Shown in pieces: positions 13,901 through 24,658 of a stretch of 64,000 nt of DNA. Every line of letters starts with the position of its first letter. Within the stretch, counting starts at the first letter, position 1. The translations under genes were made by a program, and so were the position numbers. Source of the DNA: Scenedesmus sp. PABB004 (taxonomy: Eukaryota). The stretch is from contig JABVCE010000014.1 in NCBI GenBank assembly GCA_014905635.1, positions 558,001-622,000 of the forward strand. Reading direction: 5' to 3'. The notes beneath the pieces are model-generated. The model was not told the DNA's origin and did not search any database. It worked only from the letters and a program-made list of their open reading frames with translations.

Positions 13901-14353
13901 GCTGATGAAGCGCGACACGCCGCCCAGGCAGCCGGCGGTGCCTGCGGCGCGGCGCGCGGCGGCCGGGTGAGCGGAGCGGGCGCAGCGCGCGCTCTGCGGC
14001 TCGTGGCGCCTGCCGCCGCGGCCGTTCTGTCGCGGCACGCGTGCCGACAGCCCACCTGGCGGCCCCACCAGCTGCAGCGCGCCGTGGCCGTCCTGCTTCA
14101 GCCGCAGCACCAGCCCGCCAAGCCCGCCCGCCTCGGCCGCACCGCCTCCGCCGAGCAGCACCGCACGCAGCGCGAGGCCCGCGCGCGCGCGGTGCTCCAG
14201 CATGAGCCGGGACAGGCCCTCGGGCGCGTTCACGAGCAGCTGCGCGAGCACGCGCTGCCGGCCGTCCGACACCGCGAGCAGCGTTGCCGGGCCCACGCCG
14301 TCGCCGGGCGCGCCCAGGAGGGTGACCGACACGGTCGCCAGCGGCTGCGCCAT
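9998..14353 (-). CDS. TRZ: tRNase Z, long form (ELAC2/TRZ-like metallo-beta-lactamase)
   Basis: Motifs in order across exons: FLGTGSAEPSKYR, LMDAGEGT, SHKHADHMLG (HxHxDH), VAHC, YSGDTRPC, HEATF, HST, LTHFSQRYPK. Confidence 0.9.
10241..10312. repeat. (AG)n microsatellite in the last tRNase Z intron
   Basis: Pure AG dinucleotide run. On the coding strand it reads (CT)n just upstream of the acceptor. Confidence 0.95.
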
Positions 14354-14685
14354 GCTGTCGCGGGCGGTCGCGGGCGGCGGCCGCGCGGCGGAGCCGGCGC
14401 GGCGGCCGCCGCTGCCGCCGCCGCTGCTGCCGCTCTGCCGCCGCCGCTCGCTGCGGGCCGCTGGGGCCGTCGCCCGTGCGCGCGCTACAAGCTTCCCATC
14501 TCAGTGTCTCGCGGGTGACGGCGTTGGCCGACGGCCGGTGCCGGGCCAGCGGCGACAACTCTGAAGCGCAGCGTGGTGCGGCCGAGCCCGCGCGCACCGG
14601 CTGCTTGCGTGTATGTGCGGGAGCAGCTGTGGGACGCGACTCGGGGCCCGACGACGGCGGTTCAGGGCCGGGCGCGGTTCACTCG

Positions 14686-15556
14686 TCACGCCGCCGGCGC
14701 GGGCGACGCCGCCGGCGGGTCCTCCTGCGGCGCGCCGAGGTGGGCGCCCCTCTGCAGATCCAGCACCAGCTCCGGCTGCCACGCGAGCGCCGCGGGCACG
14801 TCCAGCGCCGGCATGAGCCGCGCCGCGTCGTCGAGCGCGGCGGCAAAATCGTCGACGTCTAGCACCTGCGGGTGCGCCGCCACAAAACCCTCCACGCACA
14901 CCCCCGGCGGCAGCAGCCCGCCCCGCAGGCACGCCACCGCGGCCGCGACCGCGTCGAGGTCTTCGTCCGCCAGCAGGCTGAGCCGGCGGGACACGAGCGC
15001 GCTCACGTCGGCCTGCGCGGCGCGGGCCAGCCTGAGCCGGCGTCAGCCGGCGCGACTGCGGTCGAGCGCGGCACGCGCGCGCGCGAGTGCGCGCCGCACC
15101 CCCGGCAGCAGCGTGCGCAGGCGCAGCAGGCGCGCGGCGACGCGGGGGACGTCGCGCGCGAGCGCCGCCAGCAGCTCGGGCGGCGCTCGCGCGAGGCGGG
15201 GCGCCAGGTCCGGCAGCAGCACCGCGAGCGACGACAGCCGCGCCTCCAGCTCATCCGTGGTGATGCCCAGCCGCTCCGCCGCAACGCGCTGCTCGGGACA
15301 GGCAGGTCGGGCGGGGGTCGGGCGGCGGCGCGCCGGCTGGGCAGCCGCGCTGGCTGCTGTGGCCGGGCGGCCGCGCCGAGCCAGGCAGCGCACCGTGACC
15401 AGGCGGCGCTTGATGTCGTCGTCCCACAGCAGCCGCTGCTCGCCGACAGCCCAGGCCACGCCCCAGGGCTCCGCGGCGCTCGCGCCGCTCGCGAGCGGCC
15501 CGCCTGCGCCGGGCTCGAAGTGCCGCCGCGCCTCCTGCGAGAAGACCAGCTCCACC

Positions 15557-15598
<42 letters not shown>

Positions 15599-15844
15599 GC
15601 CGACGCGCTGTCCGGAGCGCCGGGAGCAGCGCGGGCGACGGCCCGGCGCCGCGGGCGCGGCGCCCGCGCGTGCGGCGCGCTGCAGGCGCACCGCCACTGC
15701 TGTTCCCGGAGCGCTAAGCCGCCTGAGAACCTGTGCGGCGGGAGGTGAGCCGCCGTGAGACGAGGGAGCGGCGGCGGGCGCGCAACGCGCGAGCAGCGGC
15801 CGGGCGCCGTTCGCCGCCGCCGGGGGCGACGCGCACCCGCGCAT
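14686..15844 (-). CDS. Hypothetical protein, possibly plastid-targeted, helical-repeat-like
   Basis: Protein-like exons VELVFSQEARRHF..WDDDIKRRLVT / RVAAERLGITTDELEARL.. / ADVSALVSRR..PELVLDLQRG, separated by GT-AG introns. The N-terminus is Ala/Arg/Ser-rich. Confidence 0.6.
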
Positions 15845-16372
15845 GCTGTCGGCTGTCGCTCGGGGCGTCAGGAGAGCCAGTGCCGGGCCCGGGGCGAGCG
15901 TGCGGAGGCGGAGCGCGGCGGGAGAAGCTGCCGAAGGAAGAGGGCGAGTCGAGAGCTCACGGGCTGGGCGTTGCTGGATGGCGCGGCGAGGTCCCGTGCG
16001 TGCGCTCGTGGGCGTGCGGTCGAGCAGAAGCCAGTCGCGGCGGAGCGGTTCAGCGCTGCAGCGAGCGCGCGCCGTTGCCGTCGCCGGCCGCGCCGCAGCT
16101 TGTCCAGCTGCGCCGCCCGCCCGCGCCGCCGCGCCCAGGTCCGCCCCCCTGATTCTTCTCTCGCGCCGTCGCAGCTCTCCGCGCGCCACGGGGCGCGCCG
16201 CGACGGCCGCTCTGGCGCGACTGGCGCGCGCTGCAGGCCCCCCGCCCCTCGCCCGCGCCCGCGCACGCTCTCGCTGCCGGCCCCCCGCACGAGGAGGGCG
16301 CGCGCCGCCCGCGCCCTCGCGAGCCGCACGCTCAGCTCAGCGCACTCAGCGCGCCCAGCGCGCGCAGCGCGC

Positions 16373-19300
16373 TCAGGCCTTGAGCTGGTACTTGTCCGGC
16401 TTGCCCAGGACCTTCTGCTCCACCACCTCGCGTGCGATCGCAAAGCCCAGCTGCAGCGCCACGTCGGGCCTGCGCGCCGGCGCCGGCGGCGGCGGGCGCG
16501 TCGGCGGGCGTGCCGCCGGCGCCCGCGGCCTCGCGCGCGCGCGCACTTGCGCGCGCGCCGGCCCGGCCTCGCGCGCCGACCGCGGCGGCCCCAGCCCGCG
16601 AGGCCCCTTCCGCCCTTGACCTCAGCCCCTGTCCTCAGCCCCTTGTTCTCAGCCCCCTGTTCTCAGCCCTGTTCTCACCTGAAGAAGTAGGTCTTGGGCT
16701 GCATGCAGGTCATGATCTCCGCCCACTTGGCCATGAACGCGTCGCCCTTGCGGCAGACCTCGCTCGCCATCGCGTCCATGATGATCGGGTACCTGGGGCC
16801 CGGGGTGTAGGGGTTCAGGGGCCGCGGCGGCGATTTAGACAGCAGCAGCAGCAGCAGCAGCAGCAGGCACGGGCCCCGACCTGGCGCGGCTCGGCCGCAG
16901 CCGTGCGCGCGATTCAGACGGCCCGTGCCGCCGCCGGCATGCACAGACTCGCCTGAATGGTGCCCGCGACCGCGGCCACGGCCGGCCGCGGCGCTCGGCC
17001 GCAGCCGCGCGCGCGCGCGCGCGGCGCACGCAGCGCGCGCGCCCCCGCGCCTGCCTGCCCCGGGGGCTCCCCCCCCCCCCCCCCGCGGCGCTGCGCCGCG
17101 TGCTGTGTGTTGTGCCGTGCGTCACCTGTAGATGAGCGCGGCAAACGCGGTGGACATGGGGAAGTCGTGGCCAAACGCGCGCATCCAGCGGCGCCGGTAC
17201 GCCGCGCAGCTCGCGGCGCTGAAGTCGCCCGTGGCCCGCATGTCCAGCAGCGTCTCCGCGGCCGCCTTGCCGCCCATCATCGCGGTGTGGATGCCCTCGC
17301 CTGCGCGGCGGGGATGGAGCAGCGGCGACGCGCGGGGCGCGGCGGTGTGGGCGGCGTGGGCGGGGGCCACGCGCGCGGCCGCGGACACGCGGCGTCGGCG
17401 CCGCCCGCCGCCGCTCCCCCGCCGCTCTGCCGCTGCTCTTCCCCTCCCTAGCCCCGCGACGCCGCCCCTCCCCTCCTCCCCACGCCCACGGCCGCAACCC
17501 CGCACCGGTGAGCGGGTCGATGTGCCCCGCGGCGTCGCCGATGATCAGCAGGTGGTCGTCGAACGACGTCGACAGGCCCTGCCCGCCGAGGCGCAGCGCC
17601 GCGGCGCGCATGCGCTCGAGCTTGGCGTTGGGGCCGAGCGCGGCGGAGATGAAGGGGTCCTGTGTGGGGGGGGTTGGGTTGGTTGTGTGGTTGCGGGGGG
17701 CAGTGAGTGAGTGGGGGCGGGTGGGTCGGTCGGTGGCGCCCCCTGCCCCACGCACGCTCCGCCGCCCGCCGCGCGGCGGCGCGGCCGCGCCGCCCGCGCC
17801 ACGCGCCTTGGTGATCGCGTCGTTGTGCAGGCGCGCGAGGTCTGCCTCGGTCACGTCGCCGCACTGCCCCGGGCCCTTGCCGCAGGGGATGAGGTAGTAG
17901 CAGTAGTTGAGCTCGTCGTTGGGGTGCCTGGGGTTGCGGGGTTTGCGGGTGCGTGGGTGGGTGTGGGTGGGTGGGTGTGTGGGGGCAAGGGAGGGCGCGA
18001 GGGAGCGAGCGGCGCGGCGCGGCCGCGGCGGCTGTGGCCCGCTGCGCCCCCGCGCGCCAGAGCCGGGGCCGCCACCGCCGCACTTGAACAGCGCCGCATA
18101 GCCGGGCAGGCTCCACTTGGGGTAGAAGCACACGCCGTCAAAGTTGGCGTTGTGCGTGCCGCCGCTCACAAACGCGCGGCTGCACACGCCGCGCGGCGGC
18201 TCTGCGGCGGCGGCCCGCGGCGCGGCGGCGGCGGCGCGCGTGTCGGCGCCCGCCCGCGCGCGACCGGCGCCTGCGCGGGGGCTGGGCCACGCGCCCGCTG
18301 GCCGGGGCGTTCCAGGGCCCTCGGGCCACGCGGCGCGCGCGCACCGGTGCAGTAGCCCAGCTTGGTCGCGAGCTGGCTGGTCGCGCCGTCGGCGCAGACG
18401 AGCACGCGGCCCTTGACCGTCGCGCCGCCCGCCGACGTGACGGTCCACAGGCCCGCCGCCTTGTCAAACGTCGCGCTCGTCACCTGCGCGGCGCGCGCCG
18501 CGGCGTGGGGGCTCTCGGCGCGCCATCTGCTGCCCGCCGCCCGCCGCCCGCCGCCCGCCGCGCCGCCGGCCGCCGCGCCACCGCGTCCGCGCGGGCACGC
18601 GCGGGCGCGCCGCGCACACACAGAGGCCGCGCGCGCACCTCGAAGCCCTCCTTGAGGTCGGCGCCGGTGGCCTTGGCCTTGCGCGCGACGCGGACGTCGA
18701 GGTTGACGCGCTTGACCGCGCAGCACGCCGCCTCGCCGAGCTTCTCCTTGGAGGCGCCCACGTAGCTGATGCCCATCGGCGACACAAAGCCACCTGCGCG
18801 GGGGGCAAGGCGGCACGGGCGGTGGCGCGGCCGCGCGGTGGCCGCACGCGCCGCGCCGCGGCCGGCGGGGCTGCGCCGCTGGCATGAGAGCCTTCGCGCG
18901 GCGCGGCCCTCGCGCGCGCGGCCGCACCCGCGTCGGCAAAGTGCGCCTCGTTGTTGTCGACCAGCTCCTTCAGCACGCCCATGTCCTCCAGGATCCTGCG
19001 GGCGGGCGGGCGCGCGGGCGGCGCGTGAGCCGGCGCAGCGCAGCCGGGCGCGCCGCGCGGCCCCCGCCGAGCGCAGCCGGCCGCGCACTTGATCGCGGGC
19101 GTGCAAACGGCGTCGCCGCAGTACTTGTCTGCGTCGGCGCGGGAGCGGACGCGGGGGCGTGGTGAGGCAGCGCCGCCGGCGCTGGCAGCACACCGGTCCG
19201 CCGCTGCGCCGGAGCGCCGGGCGGCGCTCCGCGCCGCCGCGGTGACCCCGCGCCACGCCGGCGCGTGGGCGCTGCGGGGCGATCGGCGCGCGTCCGTGCG

Positions 19301-19650
19301 CCGCGCGCGGGTCGCTGGCTGCCGGCATGCGGCGGGCGGGGGAGGGCGCTGATGGGCGGCCGATGCCTGGTGCTCTCACCGCGCGGGAAGGTGGCCTTGT
19401 CCAGCAGCGCCACCTTGCCGCCCGCCTTGGCCATGTAGTAGGCGCACACGCTGCCGCTGGGGCCCGCGCCCACGATCACGGCGTCGTAGGCGCCCGCGGG
19501 CAGGCTGCCCACCGGGTAGGGCCCCGCCGCGGGCACGGCGTTGGCGGCGCGGCGGTAGAGCACCGCGCCGGCGGCCACGGCGGCCGCGCCCGCGGCCACG
19601 GCGGCCACCGTGCCCTTATTAGCCTCCAGCTTGGCCGCGACCCGCTCCAT
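16373..19650 (-). CDS. Geranylgeranyl-reductase-family FAD-dependent oxidoreductase
   Basis: YDAVIVGAGPSGS..LLDKATFPRDKYCGDAV, VLVCADGATS and LLIIGDAAGHIDPLTGEGIHTAM are family-typical motifs. Multi-exon. Confidence 0.88.
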
Positions 19651-20362
19651 GCTGCTGCGTCTGCTGGTGCGTGGGCCACGGGCGTGACCTGCGGGGAGCG
19701 AATGGAGGGAGGACGCGCAGGGCGGGGAAGCCACGGGAGAGCAAACGCGAGGGGGTTGGTTTTGGCGCGCTCCAGCCCACCACCGCGCCGTGCAAGCAGC
19801 TTGCGCCGCTCACGGGCGCTGCTGGAGGTCAAGCCCGATCGACGTGGCGGGCCGCCGCCGCCGCGCGCTGCCGGCGCCGCGCGCTGCGGGCGCCGCCGCG
19901 CTGCTGCCGCCGCGCGCTGCGCTGCCGCCGCCGCGCGACGGGCCGAGGTGGCGGCGTTGCACGCAGCAGCCGCCACCGCGAACATGAGAAGGTCGCGGCC
20001 GCCCCGCGTCGGGGCCCGAAGCGCCGCTGCCGGCGCGCCGCTGCGCTGCGCAGCGGCGCGCCGTCCGCAAGTGCTGTGTGAGCCCGCCCCGCCCGGCCCG
20101 CCCTGCTGCCCGCTGGCCCCGCCCCGCCTCCGCCGCCCCGCCCGGCTGCCCGCGCCCGTGCGCCCTGCTCCGTCTGCTCCAGCTGCCCCGCCGGCAGCTG
20201 CCGCCGCTGGCAGCTCCGCCAGCAGCTGCCCCGCCGCACGCCCCGCCTGCTCCAGCTGCCCCGCCGGCAGCTCCGCCAGCGCCTCCGCGCCGCGCCGCGC
20301 CGCGCCCAGCAGTGCCGCCGCGCCGCGCCCAGCAGCAGCCGGTGGCGGCCGGCCGCTCGCGC

Positions 20363-21035
20363 TCAGGCGCCCATCTGCTCCGCCTGCTCGATCTGCATGT
20401 AGACGCCCTCGCTGATGAGCGGGATCTCGCAGTACCAGCCCCTGGGTTTTAGGGGGGTCAGGGCAACGGCGGTTCAGGGCAGCGGCGGCGGCGCGGCGGC
20501 AGGGCGGCGGCGCAGTGTGCGGGCGCACAGCGGGGCGTGGGGTCCCAGGGGCGAGGGGGCGGCAGCGCTGGCGCGGGCGCCACGCCCGCGACGGCCGCGG
20601 GTCTGCTGCCGCGTCGCCACGCGCCAGAGAAGGGCGGCAGCGCAGTAGCAGACCCGCGGCCGCCGCCGCGCGGCGGCGCAGCGACGGCCGCCCGCGCGCC
20701 CGCGCGGCGCACAACCGCTGGCAGCGACGGCGCGGCCAAACAACGACCGCCGCCAGGCGCGAGCAAACAACGCGCCCTGACCAACCAACCGCCAGCCCCT
20801 GTAGGGCCGCGTGCTCACATGAAGCAGAAGAAGAGGCAGTAGGCGACGAGGAGGAAGACAAACCAGAACATGAGCGCGTAGAAGAGGTCGCTCCAGGGCG
20901 TCCACAGCACGCCAAAGGGCAGGTTCTCCTCGACGACGATGAGGATCATCGCCACGATGTCCAGCATCACGCCCTGGGGGGGAGCGCGTGTGCGTGTGCG
21001 TGTGCGTGTGCGTGTGCGTGTGCGTGTGCGTGTGC

Positions 21036-21098
<63 letters not shown>

Positions 21099-22593
21099 CG
21101 TGGGAGGGTGCGCGCGGGGGAGGCGGGCGGCGCAGGCGGCGCAGAGCCTGCGCGCCCCGCGGCCCGCGCGCCCGCAGCCTGCACGCCGCCCGCCGCCCGC
21201 CGCCGGGGTGCACCTAAGCCCTGGGCCTCCCTAAACCCTGGCCCCCCTGGGCCCCCCGCCGCGGCCGCCGCCCCGCGCGCGCGCCCGCCACGCCGCGCGC
21301 CGCGCACGCACCATCATGATGTGGTACCGCGCGACGTGCGGGATCTTCTTGTTGCGCACGATGCCGAGGTACGTGCCGAAGAAGATGATGAGCGGCGCCC
21401 ACTCGTGGATGTAGAACCAGTGCTCAAACGGCTCTGGTGTGGGCGGGCGCGTGCGGGGCGCGTGGGGGGCGTGAGGGTGGGTGGGTGGGTGTGGTGCGGT
21501 GGTGGTGGGTGGGCGAGTGGGTCGGGGTGGGGGAGGCAGCGGCGCGTGGCAGCGCGCGGCAGGATCGTCACAGCGCTGCAGCAGCACCGCCGCCGGCGCG
21601 GCGTGGAGTGTGGAGTGTAACGGCCCTGCCCCGCGCCGGCCGCGCACCGGTGAAGTACTCTGTCCAGGCGAAGACTGGGAAGCGCTCGATGAAGTAGACG
21701 GTCTTCTCGGTCACGTCCACCCAGGGCAGCATGTAGAGGATCGCGGCGCACAGCTTCCACGGCCACGACATGCCGCCCTCGTTGCGGCCTGGCGCGTGGG
21801 CGTGCGCGTGCGCGGGCGCGGCGATTGGGCGGAGAGTGGGCGGCGGGCGGCGGGTGGGCGGTGATTGGGCGGCGCGGGGCGGCGCGGGCGCGGCCGCTGC
21901 CGCGGCGTGGCCGCCGCCGGTGCACGGCCCCGTGCGGCGCGGCCGCTGCTGCCGCCGCAGCGCTGCTACGTCCGCCCGCCCGCCGGTGCGCACCAAACTT
22001 CCAGTCCTTCTTTGCCTCGTCCTCCTCCTCGCCGCCCGCTGCCGCGTCGCCGCCCTGCTTCGCGACCAGCGTCAGCTGCGGCGGCGGCGGCGGCGGCGGC
22101 AACGGGGACGTGAGAGGGGCCGCCGCGCCGCGGCGCCGCGCGGGCGGCTGCCGGCGGGGGGCGCAGCACGCAGGCGGCGCCGGCCGCTGCGCGGCCGGCG
22201 GCCGAGCGCGCGCCCCCGCGCGCCCCCGCGCGCGGGGCCGCAAGGTAACCCCGCGCGCCCGAGGCCGCCCCGGTCCGCGCCCCGCCGCCCCGGCCCCCGC
22301 GCGGCCGCGCCGCCGCCCGCAGCCGCCGCCGCTGCTGCGCACCTTTCGCCGGCTCGGCCGCTGCAGCTGCCTGCTGCTGCGTCTGCTGCCCAGGCCTGCG
22401 GATTCGCGGCGCGGTGCGGGTGAGGGCCCCGGCGGGTCGTCGCCGGCGGTGCGCTCGCCCCGGGGGCCGCACCTGCTGCCTGCGATCCCCGCAGCAGCGC
22501 TGCTGCCGGCCGCAGCGGCGCGCGTGCCGGGCCGGCCGGCCGGCACTGCGCCGCGGCCGCCAGGCCCGGCCGGGCGCCCAGCGCGGCGGCCAT
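20363..22593 (-). CDS. TIC20: Tic20-family chloroplast inner-envelope import channel
   Basis: Transit-peptide-like N-terminus, then WPWKLCAAILYMLPW, IFFGTYLGIVRNKKIPHVARYHIMMGVMLDI and GWYCEIPLISEGVYMQI. Confidence 0.85.
20988..21095. repeat. (GTGTGC)n/(GT)n microsatellite in a Tic20 intron
   Basis: Directly visible compound repeat. Confidence 0.95.
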
Positions 22594-23196
22594 GCTGCGC
22601 CGCGCCGCCCGCCCGCTGCTGCTCCCGGGCTGCTGCCGCCGCTGGGGGCGCGGGCACGGTGCGCGCGATGGACGGGAGGGTTGCGGTGGATCGGGCGAGC
22701 GCCGTGCGGGGCCGGCGCGCTCGAATGCGCAAGCCAGGCGCGCGGAACTGCTCTTCGTGTTCGGGCCCCCGCGGCACAGGCGCGGGGCTCGCTCGTTCAC
22801 GTTTCACTCTCGCTTCAGCACCCCGGCACGGCGATCGTCCAGGCCCGCGCTCAACAAGCCGCCGCCGCTGCGCGCTGAGCCCGCGCCGAGCCCGCGCGCG
22901 CGACGGGCGCACAGCGCGCCGCGCCGCCGCCGCCCGCAAGCCCACGCCGAGCTCGCTGCGCTGCCGTGCTCGGCTGGACCCGATCACGATTTATGCAGCG
23001 AGCTCGCCGAGCTCGCGGCCAGCGGCGGTCCGCGCTCGGCGGTCAGCGGCGGCGCGCAGCAGTGCGCGCTTGGCCGCACGGCGCGGCGGGGCGGACCGCG
23101 CGCACCCGCCGCGGCCGCCGCCTCGCGGCAGCGCTGCAGCATGGCCGGGGCGCCACCACGGGCGTGCGCGCGGCGTGCCGGGCAAGCGGGCGCTTG

Positions 23197-24140
23197 CCCT
23201 CGTGCGCGTGTGCACGCGCGCCGCCGGCACGGGCGCTGCGGAAGGCGCAGCCCTGCCGGCATGTCGATGCCCTCGATGCCACTTTCACATCAAGCACTTC
23301 CACAAGCCAGCAGGGCTGGGCCTTCCTCGGCGCCGGCGGTCGTGTGCACCGCGCAGGGAGCCAGTCGACCTGCGGCGAGACGACGACCCACCAGCGCGTG
23401 GCCGCCCACCCCGCGCCGATCTGCGCGACCCCGTGCCGAGGCCCTCGACCCTGGCGACGCGCGCGCCGCCGGCGCTCGGGTGCGTCACGTCCCGCAGCTG
23501 GTCGGTCACGGCAGCTGATCGGCCGCGTCGATGACCAGCTGCGGGGGTGAAGCACCCGAGCACCGGCGGCGGCGGCGCTGAGCGCCCGCGCGCCGGCGCG
23601 CATGCTGTCGGCGAGGGCCCCTCTGTGCGGCGACCGCGCCGCGGCCCGGCGACTCGCAGACAAACGCGACGCGGACGCCCGTGTTTGTGTGCGAATCACA
23701 GGGCTGCGGCGTGGGCACCGCGAAGGCCCGCCCGATGCGGCGGCCATCGCCGCGGGGCTGGCGGCGCTGAGCTCCCGCAGCGCCGCGCCGCCGAGGCCCG
23801 TCGGCCTCCGCCGCGCGGGAGCAGGCGCCGGCGGGGCGCCGGCGGGCGCTGCAGCGCCCAGCCGACCGGCGGCAGGCGCGTCAGCTGACCGGCGGCGGTC
23901 GAGCCGCGCGGCGCCGCGTGCTGCGCTGCGCTGCGCGGCGCGCTGCAGCGCGGCCGGCGGCGGCGCGGCGCGCCGGTGCACGTGACGCGCGCCGCGCGGC
24001 GAGCTTGCCGCAGCCGCGCCTGGTCCCAAATGTTGTGCGCGACGCCCAGGTGGTGGCCCTTGTCCGGCGCCATGTTGAAGAATCCGGAAAAACTGCCGTT
24101 CTGGATTTTTCAACATAGCGCGGGAGAAGGGCCACCACCT
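23197..24140. ncRNA. Putative cluster of four pre-miRNA-like hairpins
   Basis: Long imperfect inverted repeats at about 23197-23358, 23464-23571, 23627-23721 and 24048-24140, in a region with no convincing CDS. The miRNA identity is an inference. Confidence 0.5.
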
Positions 24141-24658
24141 CCGTGAGCGCGGCCGCCTCCCACGATGGGCTTCGTCCGTTGACCGGGCTATGGCGCCCTC
24201 CTGCGGGCGGGGCAGGCGGGGCGGCGGCGCGGCGCGGAGCAGGCGGATGCGGTCGCGCAGCAGCGGGCGCGCAGCAACGGCGGCGCGCTCCGCGGCCCCG
24301 CGCGCGCGCGGCGGCGGCCGGGCCTGCGCGCGGGCGTGCCGGGAGCCTGGGCGCGACGTTAAAGCGCCAGGCGAGGCCGCCGCAGCGGCGCGGCAGGCGC
24401 CCCACGGCGCTGGCCGCAGGGCGCGCGCGCCGCCGCTGCTGCGCGCGTTCGCCTCGCCTGAGGTCGGCCAGGGCTCGGCGAGGGCGGACGGGCGGCAGCG
24501 GCGTGCGAGAGTGGCCTCGGCGGGTGGGGGCGACGGGAGTGCGCGGCGCGCGCCGCCGCTGTGACGAGCGGCCGCCCGCCTCCCGGCGTCGGAGGGCAGC
24601 AGCGAGGCCGGCCTGACGGCTCGTGACTCTCTCGTTTCACTCGCACACGCGCGCGATC

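Noticed and set aside
16620..16680. Short degenerate tandem repeat (ctcagcccctgtt-like)
   Set aside because: Intronic minisatellite with no spacers.
21228..21240. CCCTAAACCCT telomere-like motif
   Set aside because: Only about 1.5 units inside an intron, which is compatible with chance.
23197..24140. CRISPR-like array interpretation of the hairpin cluster
   Set aside because: No direct repeat is shared between units, and no cas genes are present.
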